A stretch of 64,000 bases of DNA from positions 30,101 to 94,100 of the IMG/VR virus record IMGVR_UViG_3300032242_001916; one strand, 5' to 3'. Every line of letters begins with the position of its first letter. Within the stretch, counting starts at the first letter, position 1. Both the position numbers and the translations under genes were made by a program. The DNA comes from a virus. Positions 1 to 8,685 of this stretch are shown in pieces. Under the pieces are notes generated by a model that did not search any database, was not told the DNA's origin, and saw nothing but the letters and a program-made list of their open reading frames with translations.

Positions 1-319
1 ACGCGAAGTCTACACATTCCTGAGCGGTAGCGTCATCTTCCAACTGATTGAACGCCCAAGCAGACCACATAAGAAGGGTGGCGCTACGAGCGACTGACTT
101 CTTACCCATAACGGCAAGGCGGTCAGACAGTCTTCCAGTAACCTGAGTAATCCACTGTTCACCCTGACCAGCAATAACGCTAGCAATACGAGGTACAGCA
201 ACGACAATACCAAGACCGAGGACCTCAATAATGAGTTCCGCAGTTACTAGGTCTGCGTTAGTAGCGGTAGGGTTCACAACAGGTGCTGCTCCCTCTGTCT
301 TTAAAGATGTGTTAGCCAC
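1..319 (-). CDS. Hypothetical protein, 3'-truncated by the window edge (MANTSLKTEGAAPVVNPT...), not in the ORF track
   Basis: GTG at 319 preceded by AAAGGAG (333-327); 106 open codons to the window edge. Confidence 0.75.
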   Translation of the reverse strand, partial: MANTSLKTEGAAPVVNPTATNADLVTAELIIEVLGLGIVVAVPRIASVIAGQGEQWITQVTGRLSDRLAVMGKKSVARSATLLMWSAWAFNQLEDDATAQECVDFA

Positions 320-364
320 GGCTAAACTCCTTTGTGACAACTACGCGCACAGTGTGTGAGCGTA

Positions 365-399
365 TGGTGATACGGACTGGACTTGAACCAGCCCGTACC
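365..399 (-). ncRNA. tRNA-like minihelix (acceptor stem + T-arm + ACCA)
   Basis: Minus strand reads GGTACGG GCTGG TTCAAGT CCAGT CCGTATC ACCA: 7+5 bp continuous helix, 7-nt TTC loop, ACCA end. Confidence 0.6.
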
Positions 400-428
400 G
401 AGAGAGAGGTTATTGTGTGTTCTGGTGT

Positions 429-458
429 AATGTAGAGACGGAACAGTTGTTCGGTCAT
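429..458 (-). promoter_or_regulatory. Putative SigA-like promoter for the leftward transcript
   Basis: ATGACC-N18-TACATT on the minus strand upstream of the minihelix. Confidence 0.35.
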
Positions 459-741
459 ACCCCCTGCCCAGTTATTTTTGGACAGCAAAAAGGGCAGACT
501 ATTCCTAGCCTACCCAGAACAAGTTTTTCAACTTCGTAGTTGATAATAATTATTTATTACCCCCCCACCGTTAAATAACAATTTTTTATCATATTGGCCA
601 GGTGAGACAAGTTACCAGGACCTTTTGGGCTGTACAGTGGCCCAATCTATGATCATAGAATGCACGGAGCACATTTTGCGGGTAGCTCAAATTTTTCAGG
701 GTTTAGGCGTTTTTAGGCAGTGGCTACTTTAAGATAGGTGT

Positions 742-984
742 ATGAATCCTGAAAACCCACAGTTTCGGAAACCAACTGAAGCAGAAACCATCGCAAAGAT
801 GTATTTGGATGTAAATGGTGGGAATTGCCCTGAAGGACATGATCCACATGACTTATCTAAGCAACCTGAGGGCGGTTGTAATAAGTGTGTTGGTATGAAC
901 CAACTTCACCATCTTGCGGGTAACCATAGCGATTCTGTGTATTTAGATACATGTCCAGAGTGCAGAAAAGAGTTGTACAAGTAA
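742..984 (+). CDS. Small Cys/His protein, MNPENPQF family
   Basis: CNKC and HxxGxH..CPEC; TAAGAT 6 nt before the ATG suggests a leaderless mRNA. Confidence 0.75.
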   Translation: MNPENPQFRKPTEAETIAKMYLDVNGGNCPEGHDPHDLSKQPEGGCNKCVGMNQLHHLAGNHSDSVYLDTCPECRKELYK

Positions 985-1199
985 TGTCAAAGATACTAGA
1001 TAAAGGCAATGGCGGGTTTCGGCCATTCAAGCGTTCAGATAAAGAAGCCGTAGAAGGCAGCATGGCGGATGGCTCTCATCCTTCATGTAAGAACTGCTCC
1101 CCATGCCCGGATTGCAAGGGGCAGTCCAACTACAGGACAGATCCGTGTGAGACGTGTAACAGCACTCATTTCATACCTAATAGAGACTTCTACGGATAA
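984..1199 (+). CDS. Small CxxC protein (MSKILDKG...)
   Basis: TAATG coupling to the upstream gene; CKNC, CPDC, CETC. Confidence 0.65.
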   Translation: MSKILDKGNGGFRPFKRSDKEAVEGSMADGSHPSCKNCSPCPDCKGQSNYRTDPCETCNSTHFIPNRDFYG

Positions 1200-1256
1200 T
1201 CCCTGGTGTGACTCTACAATACCCAGCCGCGATGGCGTTAAGGTTGTAAAAAAGAT

Positions 1257-1643
1257 ATGAACCCTGAAAATCCTCAATTTGATGAAGTGTCTGCTCGCAG
1301 AGTAAAAAAAGAGCATGACAACGGTGAGCATGAGTTTCATGGCCCCGCATTCCTAAATGCCCCCAAAGAGCATCAGGACGCTATGATGGCTAAAATTAAC
1401 AGCTGCCCACACTGCAAGGCAGAGAATGAGGAAAACGCCTCAGAGGGCTCTACAGAGGCTCCTATGGCCACTGTGACTAAATTACCCACTCCATCCTTTG
1501 GTAAACAACTATTTAACACTGTTAAAGGGTTAAACCTTGCAGTTATGCACGGCATAGGTGATCACGAGTACAAAGATGGTAAAAACAGAGAAGCAGGGTT
1601 TAATAAAGATTGTCCCGTTTGTAACGGAACATTTTGGGAATAG
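1257..1643 (+). CDS. Cys/His protein, MNPENPQF family
   Basis: Same first 8 aa as 742; two HxxGxH..CPxC units. Confidence 0.75.
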   Translation: MNPENPQFDEVSARRVKKEHDNGEHEFHGPAFLNAPKEHQDAMMAKINSCPHCKAENEENASEGSTEAPMATVTKLPTPSFGKQLFNTVKGLNLAVMHGIGDHEYKDGKNREAGFNKDCPVCNGTFWE

Positions 1644-1708
1644 TTTAAACAGTCCGTTGACTAGTTTTTAGTAATAATAAAGTAAGTCCAATTAGATAAG
1701 GAAAAGTA

Positions 1709-2017
1709 ATGGCGGCACAAAACCCATTCAGTTTTGATGAAGATGATGATTTTAACAGCTTCACTCCTAGCAGTTCTCCGGAAGATAGAGGCGAGCATAA
1801 AGGTCGTAAAGTTCGCGCACGTGTAGCAGACTTTGTTGGGGGTGGCAGCGCCTACTCAGGTGACAAGCCAGCTAAAGAACCAAAGCCAGCTAAAGCGCCT
1901 CTGCGTGACCGTATTGCAGGTAAGATTGCGTCTAAGCCCAAAGATTCAGGCGAGGCTGCTAAACCGCCTCATGATCATGACTTTGACTGCGCTAACAACC
2001 CCTTCTGCGATAAGTAA
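1709..2017 (+). CDS. Hypothetical low-complexity protein
   Basis: AAGGA SD; ORF. Confidence 0.7.
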   Translation: MAAQNPFSFDEDDDFNSFTPSSSPEDRGEHKGRKVRARVADFVGGGSAYSGDKPAKEPKPAKAPLRDRIAGKIASKPKDSGEAAKPPHDHDFDCANNPFCDK

Positions 2018-2028
2018 GGATTTAAATA

Positions 2029-2400
2029 ATGGCTAACATGAGAACAAAAGCAAGAGTTATAAAGAGCAAGGTAAAAAAGGCTGTAAAAGGTTTAGAGCCT
2101 ATTAATACACTTAGTACAGATGATTCAGGCAATACTAAATCTTCATGGACTCTTCGTAAGAATATTCCAAATGATGACCAACCAGGTACAGGTCCAGGTA
2201 AAAGAGGCGTAACTAACTGGGAAACTCATATGAATGAAAAGCAATATGACCCTAATAGTTCGTTTGGCGGTAAGCAACCCAAATCAGAGGGTCGCCGTGT
2301 TGCCCCCGAGAGCAATCTTTCAAGGCACGATGCTAATATGGCTAACGCAGCTCGAAGTCGTAGTGACCATTTTAATGTTGGTCAGTCAGAAGGTAAGTAA
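2029..2400 (+). CDS. Hypothetical protein
   Basis: AAGGA SD; ORF in operon. Confidence 0.7.
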   Translation: MANMRTKARVIKSKVKKAVKGLEPINTLSTDDSGNTKSSWTLRKNIPNDDQPGTGPGKRGVTNWETHMNEKQYDPNSSFGGKQPKSEGRRVAPESNLSRHDANMANAARSRSDHFNVGQSEGK

Positions 2401-2402
2401 CC

Positions 2403-3200
2403 ATGGCAAAAAAAGCAAATAAATTTGTACCTAAGTATGTACCGTACGAATTGCAGCTAGAAAAGCATCCTGAAAAAGTAGATAGCTCTGGACTTACAAA
2501 TAAAAATATAGCTCCTCGCCTTTCTGGAGAAGCTAGAGACTTTGACCCTACACAGGGCTCTAATGATGTAAACAACGCAGTAGATGAAAAAGGTAACGCT
2601 GTTCCTGATATCCTTAAAAAAGGTCTTGCTCGTGGTTTAGAGGTTAGGGCTAGTAAAAAAGCTGCTGCCGCGGCAGCAGCTGAAAAAGAAGGTGTTCCAG
2701 TTACTGAAGAAGAAGGAAAAATAGCTGCAGAAGCTTTTGCTCCTAAAGATAGCCCCAAAGTAATTGACAAGATGGTAACAAGGCGTAAAAGTGAAAAGCC
2801 TCGTCCATTTGTTGGTTCTAAAGACAAAGAAGACTTTGTCACTCGTTCAAGAGACCTAAACCCAGACGCTTCTGAGGGAGGTCGCGTAGTTAATACTGCG
2901 TACGAACAGGGAGATATTGACGCTAGCGCTGCTACTACAGCTTTTGTAGACTACCCGGATACATTTGAAGAACTTCGCCGCTCAGCAACTAACCCAGGCG
3001 CTGGTCGTACTATTGGAGATATTCAAGAAGATTATAAAACACATGGAGATACCTTTGAAACTTCAGGTGCTGACGTAGCCAAAGCGCGTCATATGAATCC
3101 TCGCGCTGGTAATCCAACTGATGTTCCAAACCGTGCAAATGCTAGCAATCGCACAATTAGCATTGCTACTCCAAACAACCCTACAGAATCGACAATGTAA
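2403..3200 (+). CDS. Hypothetical charged, probably disordered protein
   Basis: 265-aa ORF tightly packed in operon. Confidence 0.75.
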   Translation: MAKKANKFVPKYVPYELQLEKHPEKVDSSGLTNKNIAPRLSGEARDFDPTQGSNDVNNAVDEKGNAVPDILKKGLARGLEVRASKKAAAAAAAEKEGVPVTEEEGKIAAEAFAPKDSPKVIDKMVTRRKSEKPRPFVGSKDKEDFVTRSRDLNPDASEGGRVVNTAYEQGDIDASAATTAFVDYPDTFEELRRSATNPGAGRTIGDIQEDYKTHGDTFETSGADVAKARHMNPRAGNPTDVPNRANASNRTISIATPNNPTESTM

Positions 3201-3478
3201 TGGAACTTAATAGAGTAACTGCATTAACCACTATCATAATCGGTATATGTATTTTTGCTGCAGCTGCTTGGGGTATACACCTAATAAGAAGCGAAGAAAA
3301 AAAAGAAAAAGAAGAATTAGCACGTATTGCAGCAAAACCGCCTGTTAAGACGGCAGTAGCTAAAAAAGCAGTGCCAGTAGCTAAAAAAGCAGTTAAGAAA
3401 GCTCCAGTTAAGAAATCAGCGGTTAAAGTTGCTGAAAAGAAAGCTGCTGCTAAGCGTAGTCCTAAAAAAGAAAAATAA
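3200..3478 (+). CDS. Membrane-anchored protein with a histone-H1-like AKK tail
   Basis: N-terminal hydrophobic helix, then AKKA/VKKA repeats. Confidence 0.7.
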   Translation: MELNRVTALTTIIIGICIFAAAAWGIHLIRSEEKKEKEELARIAAKPPVKTAVAKKAVPVAKKAVKKAPVKKSAVKVAEKKAAAKRSPKKEK

Positions 3479-3485
3479 ATAAATT

Positions 3486-3650
3486 ATGAATTTCTTAAAA
3501 CAAATGGGTCTTAAGAATACAATTAATGATTTAAAACCTAACGACTGGCATTCAGACGATAGAACCTCTTTACTAACTGCAAACCCTGAGCACGATAGTA
3601 TGAGCCGTTCAAGCCATTTTACAGATGGCATGAATAAATCTCGTAGCTAA
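3486..3650 (+). CDS. Small hypothetical protein (54 aa, MNFLKQMG...), not in the ORF track
   Basis: Translated by hand; fills the gap in the operon. Confidence 0.55.
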   Translation: MNFLKQMGLKNTINDLKPNDWHSDDRTSLLTANPEHDSMSRSSHFTDGMNKSRS

Positions 3651-3746
3651 AGTATACTTATAGAATTCCCTGGGCTTAGTCATTAGGGATCCGAGCAAGC
3701 GCGAAGACGTTGCCCAAAGCGCCCTCCCAAACTTTATAGGAAGATC

Positions 3747-4208
3747 ATGCCAAAGCCAGGGGATTATGGGTGCGTAAGCACTAATGGGCGTATAGGCAGG
3801 ATAATTCGCCTATTTTTAAGAAGTAAAGTTAACCACGTCTTTATTTACATAGGTGGGGGCAAAATCATAGAAGCTAGGCCTTCTGGCGCAGCTGTATCCG
3901 ATATTCACTACTCAAGCATAACTTGGAGTACTGAAAAACTTACCCAACGCCAAAGAACTAAGATATCTGTTTCTGCAGCCCTTCTTGTAGGCACTCCGTA
4001 CGGCTTTTTAGATATTTTCTTTTTGTGGTTAAAAACTTTGGGAGTTACCCTACCTTATGTATCCAACTGGGTACTAAGAGATGATAGGATGATTTGTTCC
4101 CAACTAGTGGCACACTGCTATGCAAAAGCAGGTATAACACTAGTTGACAAGCCAGAGAATGAAGTAACCCCTAAGGATCTATACGAAAGGGCAAGAGATG
4201 CCATTTAA
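3747..4208 (+). CDS. Permuted papain-like NlpC/P60 hydrolase (YaeF/YiiX-like)
   Basis: GD, NHVFIY, IIEA, GTPYG, ICSQLV: His before Cys. Confidence 0.8.
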   Translation: MPKPGDYGCVSTNGRIGRIIRLFLRSKVNHVFIYIGGGKIIEARPSGAAVSDIHYSSITWSTEKLTQRQRTKISVSAALLVGTPYGFLDIFFLWLKTLGVTLPYVSNWVLRDDRMICSQLVAHCYAKAGITLVDKPENEVTPKDLYERARDAI

Positions 4209-4329
4209 GTCACAAGCACAGCGTAAGTGGATGTATGCCCATGATCCTAAGATGGCAAGGCAGTGGCAAGAACATACACCAAAAGATGCAAAATTACCGG
4301 AAAAGGTAAAGAAAACAAAGAAAAAATGA
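4198..4329 (+). CDS. Small basic protein (MPFKSQAQRKWMYA...), not in the ORF track
   Basis: 43-aa ORF overlapping the upstream stop; common phage micro-protein N-terminus. Confidence 0.6.
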   Translation: MPFKSQAQRKWMYAHDPKMARQWQEHTPKDAKLPEKVKKTKKK

Positions 4330-4419
4330 GCATATTAATAATGTGGGCACTTTTGTGCCTTTGGGCTTTTATGTCCTATCGCGGCAAATAATAGCCAAAT
4401 TTGTGTTACCCTAGAGGTA

Positions 4420-4905
4420 ATGCAATTCAAGATCAAAGCATTGGTCCCCGCTGCTGCGCTTCTTGCAGGTTTAATACTTGCACCGCTACCAGCAGCCCAG
4501 GCCCAATCTGAGAACGCGATACAAGCAGGGATACCCGCCAAAAATAGTAGATGCATTAATCATGCGTCTCGTTCTTCCGCAAGAGTGCCATTTGCATCTC
4601 CCGCTTTTAACAAGCGGTATGCATCTTGCCGAATGCAGGAGAAATATAAATGGGGATCAAAAGAGTACGGTTGTTTAGTAACCATGTGGAGCCGCGAAAG
4701 CGGTTGGCGTGTGGATGCTCACAATCGCTCTTCAGGTGCCCATGGTATACCCCAATCCCTTCCCGGGAACAAAATGGCAAGTGCCGGACCTAACTGGTAT
4801 ACAAACCCGTTTACGCAAGTAGACTGGGGATTAAAGTATATTAAGAGTCGGTATGGCACTCCATGTAACGCCTGGGGATTTTGGCAAAGTCACCATTGGT
4901 ACTAA
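4420..4905 (+). CDS. Secreted lytic transglycosylase (SLT-like, actinobacterial type)
   Basis: Signal peptide; WSRESGW, SGAHGIPQSLPG, WGLKYIKSRYG. Confidence 0.85.
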   Translation: MQFKIKALVPAAALLAGLILAPLPAAQAQSENAIQAGIPAKNSRCINHASRSSARVPFASPAFNKRYASCRMQEKYKWGSKEYGCLVTMWSRESGWRVDAHNRSSGAHGIPQSLPGNKMASAGPNWYTNPFTQVDWGLKYIKSRYGTPCNAWGFWQSHHWY

Positions 4906-4911
4906 TATAAA

Positions 4912-4945
4912 GCACAGGGTCTGGACAACTCTCCAGACCCTGTGT
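4912..4945 (+). terminator. 14-bp hairpin after the SLT gene, overlapping a putative promoter TGGACA-N18-TACTAT (4922-4951)
   Basis: GCACAGGGTCTGGA/TCCAGACCCTGTGT. Confidence 0.6.
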
Positions 4946-4991
4946 TACTATCTAGTGTTGTTACGTAACAACCAATACAATAAGGAATAAC

Positions 4992-5405
4992 ATGAAAAAG
5001 ATTATTATAGTTGCTGCAGCTGCTATTTTACTAGGGATTGGTCTAGCATCTTGTGGCTCTTCCAACACAAACAATGATGCGACAAGTGTTTCTACTCCAG
5101 CACCTATTGATACCTATGTACCGCCTACACCTAAAGAGCAATTTTTATCTGATATTAATTCACTCAACGATCCAATAATTGCTCAGACCGCAGACTCTGA
5201 ACTTTGGTCTCTTGCAACTAGCACTTGTGATGCTTTAAACCAGGGCAATTCGGTAACTGATTTGATTACATATTTAGCTAACAGTGGGGCTATGACTAAC
5301 GATAACGCAACTTCAATTGGGGAAATAATTGGAGCTGCGGTTAAAGACGTATGCCCATCCCATATGCAGGAAGTTCAAGACTACATTAATGCAAACGCTA
5401 GTTAG
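4992..5405 (+). CDS. Lipoprotein, DUF732-like
   Basis: Lipobox LASC; QFL..., CDAL.QG, AAV..VCP pattern. Confidence 0.7.
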   Translation: MKKIIIVAAAAILLGIGLASCGSSNTNNDATSVSTPAPIDTYVPPTPKEQFLSDINSLNDPIIAQTADSELWSLATSTCDALNQGNSVTDLITYLANSGAMTNDNATSIGEIIGAAVKDVCPSHMQEVQDYINANAS

Positions 5406-5413
5406 GTAAGAAT

Positions 5414-5485
5414 TCCCCCTTAGCTCAACGGCAGAGCACAGAGCTGTTAACTCTGGGGTTGGTGGTTCGAATCCATCAGGGGGAG
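5414..5485 (+). tRNA. tRNA-Asn(GTT), CCA not encoded
   Basis: TCCCCCT/AGGGGGA acceptor, TAGCTCAA D-arm, CAGAG-CTGTTAA-CTCTG anticodon arm, GGTTCGAATCC T-arm. Confidence 0.93.
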
Positions 5486-5557
5486 CGATAAACGTTTTAT
5501 AGATACAAATGTTTATTAATAAGAGAGAATAAAAACACAAACTCATAGGAGAAAAAA

Positions 5558-5968
5558 ATGGCATTGCCAATTAAAAATGGACACATTGGAACACCTTACG
5601 GTAAACCAGGTGCTATATGGATGGCAGGACACCACCAAGGCGTAGACTTCCCTACCCCTGTTGGAACACCTGTACTCGCGGCAGCAGATGGAACTGTTAT
5701 TGGCGTTGGACAGTGTTGGGGACCTAACTTTGGTAACCATCAGGTCATTGTTAAGCATGTAGTTGAAAAGCGTGCTTTTTACACAATTTACGCACATTGT
5801 TCGTCTGACTTTGTAAAAGTCGGAGACGAAGTAAAGAAGGGCCAAAAGATTGCTCTATCTGGTGCTGAAGGTCACGTAACTGGGCCGCACCTACACTTTG
5901 AAGCCCACACCGTATCTCATTGGGATACTAAGACCGATGTAAACCCACAACCATTGCTCGACGCATAA
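5558..5968 (+). CDS. M23 family peptidase (endolysin candidate)
   Basis: HQGVD, YAH, TGPHLHFE. Confidence 0.9.
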   Translation: MALPIKNGHIGTPYGKPGAIWMAGHHQGVDFPTPVGTPVLAAADGTVIGVGQCWGPNFGNHQVIVKHVVEKRAFYTIYAHCSSDFVKVGDEVKKGQKIALSGAEGHVTGPHLHFEAHTVSHWDTKTDVNPQPLLDA

Positions 5969-6007
5969 CTTAATAAACTTCACCCTGCGAGGGCAGGAGA
6001 GATAGCG

Positions 6008-6154
6008 ATGATCGTTATTAAAGAAGTGGTCACCAAAGAGCGCTGTGACTCCTGCCCCGCACGTGGTACTTTTAGAATTACCCTAAAAACAGGGAAACTA
6101 TACTTTTGTACGCATCACTTTAACGAACACAAAGATGCCTTAAATAAACTATAA
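6008..6154 (+). CDS. Small Zn-finger protein (RCDSC...LYFCTHH), not in the ORF track
   Basis: AGGAG SD; 48 aa; CxxC...CxxH actinobacterial-type pattern. Confidence 0.7.
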   Translation: MIVIKEVVTKERCDSCPARGTFRITLKTGKLYFCTHHFNEHKDALNKL

Positions 6155-6195
6155 TTAAACCAGATTTATTATCTCATCCATAGGAAGATAGCTAT

Positions 6196-7002
6196 ATGTT
6201 AATGAACAATAACCAAAATGGGTCATTTAAACCGGGCGGATACTACGGAAGAAAAATGCGTAGAAACGCAGGCCGCGGTAGTTATGACTACACAGGTAAC
6301 TGGAATCCTTTTAAAGCTGCTAGTAAAGCGCTTGGTATGTTTAATACCGCAGATATGCAATTAAGAAATAATCTTCGAGTAGGGCTTATGAAGGGCATGG
6401 TTTCTGCTGAAGCAGCAAAAATGAAAACTGCGGCACAAGGCGAAGCCAGCGTAGATTTCTGGGAAAACTTAAATAAAGCACACTCAGGTATACAAGAAAA
6501 CGATCCAAGAATGGGCCCTATCACATCTGCTACACCGGGTGGAAAAGTTACCACATCTGGTCAGGCAAACATTATTGCAGCAGAAGAAAAGAATAAAAGA
6601 CTTAAAGACAAAGCTAAAGATCGTGCTGATGAGCCAAAGCCTGGTACTTCACAATCTGGCACTGGTACTCCGCCACCTGACACTAGTAAAAGAAAAGATT
6701 CTACAGTGGCTCAGGATCTTGGTACTACCGATGAAGACGGCGTTTATTCTGTAACCGTAAAAACTCCCGCACCACAAGCCGGTGGTGGAACTCCAAGACC
6801 TGTAAGAAACTTTCCTACTTTTACTCCTACAGAAGCTGAAGCTCCTAAAACTGATACCGAAGGTAAAGTAGGTAAAGCTGGCGGGGATGCACCACTAGGA
6901 CCAATGGTACCTATGGGACCGATAGATCCGTTGCACGAAGAAGACGACAAAGTAGTTAATAAAAAAAATAAAGCAGCTGCTCGTCCAGATGACGAAGCCT
7001 AG
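6196..7002 (+). CDS. Hypothetical Pro/Thr/Gly-rich protein
   Basis: 268-aa ORF; -10-like GAAGAT 6 nt upstream (possibly leaderless). Confidence 0.75.
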   Translation: MLMNNNQNGSFKPGGYYGRKMRRNAGRGSYDYTGNWNPFKAASKALGMFNTADMQLRNNLRVGLMKGMVSAEAAKMKTAAQGEASVDFWENLNKAHSGIQENDPRMGPITSATPGGKVTTSGQANIIAAEEKNKRLKDKAKDRADEPKPGTSQSGTGTPPPDTSKRKDSTVAQDLGTTDEDGVYSVTVKTPAPQAGGGTPRPVRNFPTFTPTEAEAPKTDTEGKVGKAGGDAPLGPMVPMGPIDPLHEEDDKVVNKKNKAAARPDDEA

Positions 7003-7026
7003 TATTAATAAACGATAAGGTAAAAC

Positions 7027-8475
7027 ATGTCAAACGTTGAAGATAATTTTAGTGATGTAAGTGCGGCTCCGTCCGCTCCAGCACCTAAAGCTCCAGCACG
7101 TAGTGCTGTAATGAAGGCCGCAGATGCGATGGAACCTTACATGGACGCAACAGCGGCAAATATTTCTGAAATTGACCGAAAACAAGATGAGGCTTTAGCT
7201 GAAAATAATAGAAGAATGCGAGATCTTAAGCTCCACGAGGGTGCTTATACCGCTGCGGATATTCCGTCTCCTCGCGGTGGTCGTGCAGGATTCCCAGCTT
7301 CTACTCCAATAAGTGGTGGAGAAATGTCCCGCCGTCTTGAAAGAGAGTCTAAAGGTGACACTGAAGCCTGGAAAGGTGGGGCTTCCCGTGTTGATGAGCA
7401 TTTAGATGAGCCCGAGCGTAGAGCTCTAGAAGCTCGCAATAAAGACTTGGCCGAAACCCACAGAAAAGGTGTAAACCTTCGGGTTGGTAAAGCAAGAATG
7501 AATGCAGTACGAGATTCATTTTTACGCCATGAAGCAGATCATGCAAAGGCAAATGCTAGCGGAGGAACAAATATTGCAGCTTGTGGAAATAGCGACTGTG
7601 CAGATAGACGCGCTCAACTAAAGGGTGTTGGAGCAGAGTATACATTGCCTAACTTTATGGAGCATCATGGTGGTGAAGGAACTCTTATTGGTGAAGCTGC
7701 ACAAAATGCGGAAGATGCTGAGCGTGCTCATCCAAGAAACGAAGAGCCTGCCCCAATTAGCCCAGAGCATTGGCACAATGACCGAAACTGCCAGTACTGG
7801 ACTCGACTATACCAACTTGCAGATATGACTTCTGATGATAAAGTAACTGTTTCTCCCCACGAAGTTAAATCTTTTATTTCTCAAGCTTCTGGAAGAACTA
7901 CAAGAGTTGGAGCTAGCAAGGGCGGTGTCGGAGGACGCGTTGTTGGAGTTAAAAAAGAGTCTCTTGCAGCAGATCAACCATGGTTCTGGAATGCAGGCCA
8001 TACTTCTACCGTAGAGGCGTCTAAAGGTCCTTGGGGACTAATGAGACAGGCACTTAATAAAATTCGCCTACATGATAAAGAGCATGCAGACGTAGATGCA
8101 TCAACTCTTAAGTACAGAACTCCTGAAGCTAAAGCTGCAAGAAAAGCGGAAATTACAGGCGCAAGAGACCATGCAATTAAGATTGCAGATCAAGTTAAGT
8201 CTGCTATTCAAGCACATGCACTTGCGCTTCGTGCATCAAAGAAAAGTGGCGCAGCAGATAGCGCTGCGGCAGTTTCGGCAACTGGGGCAGTACTCCGCGA
8301 ATCTATAGGTAAGGGTGAAACTCGTGCTAAGGGAAGCGCTTCTGGCACAATAGCAGATGATTTAGCCGCTAATGGTGATCAGACTGCTAAGGATTCTGGA
8401 ACAATTACTGATGCTGGAAGACTTGTACCAAAAGCTCGAGTAGGCCTTAAAAAAGATAGCCCAACCGCGGAATAA
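7027..8475 (+). CDS. Hypothetical Ala-rich protein
   Basis: 482-aa ORF with AAGG SD. Confidence 0.8.
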   Translation: MSNVEDNFSDVSAAPSAPAPKAPARSAVMKAADAMEPYMDATAANISEIDRKQDEALAENNRRMRDLKLHEGAYTAADIPSPRGGRAGFPASTPISGGEMSRRLERESKGDTEAWKGGASRVDEHLDEPERRALEARNKDLAETHRKGVNLRVGKARMNAVRDSFLRHEADHAKANASGGTNIAACGNSDCADRRAQLKGVGAEYTLPNFMEHHGGEGTLIGEAAQNAEDAERAHPRNEEPAPISPEHWHNDRNCQYWTRLYQLADMTSDDKVTVSPHEVKSFISQASGRTTRVGASKGGVGGRVVGVKKESLAADQPWFWNAGHTSTVEASKGPWGLMRQALNKIRLHDKEHADVDASTLKYRTPEAKAARKAEITGARDHAIKIADQVKSAIQAHALALRASKKSGAADSAAAVSATGAVLRESIGKGETRAKGSASGTIADDLAANGDQTAKDSGTITDAGRLVPKARVGLKKDSPTAE

Positions 8476-8478
8476 ATT

Positions 8479-8685
8479 ATGAGTAGAAGTTTTAAAGACT
8501 TCCAAAACGCTAAAACTGACCGTTATCCTAAGAGAAAAAAGAATCTTAGGCACAACGGCAGAGAAGCCTATAATTTCTTTTCTGAGATTGATGAAGAAGA
8601 CTACACGCCTAAAAGTGAAGAAAACTCTAGTATTTTTACCTATCGTAGCGTAGGTAGAGGTGTTCAAGGAGAATCAAGTAACTAA
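8479..8685 (+). CDS. Small hypothetical protein
   Basis: ORF in operon. Confidence 0.6.
   Translation: MSRSFKDFQNAKTDRYPKRKKNLRHNGREAYNFFSEIDEEDYTPKSEENSSIFTYRSVGRGVQGESSN

Noticed and set aside
10-228. 72-aa minus-strand ORF in the track
   Set aside because: It has no SD; the overlapping frame starting at GTG 319 has AAAGGAG and stays open to the window edge
365-399. Minihelix as a full tRNA or an attP core
   Set aside because: D and anticodon arms are absent, the 5' acceptor strand is fused directly to the T-stem, and no integrase is in the window; attP cannot be fully excluded without the rest of the genome
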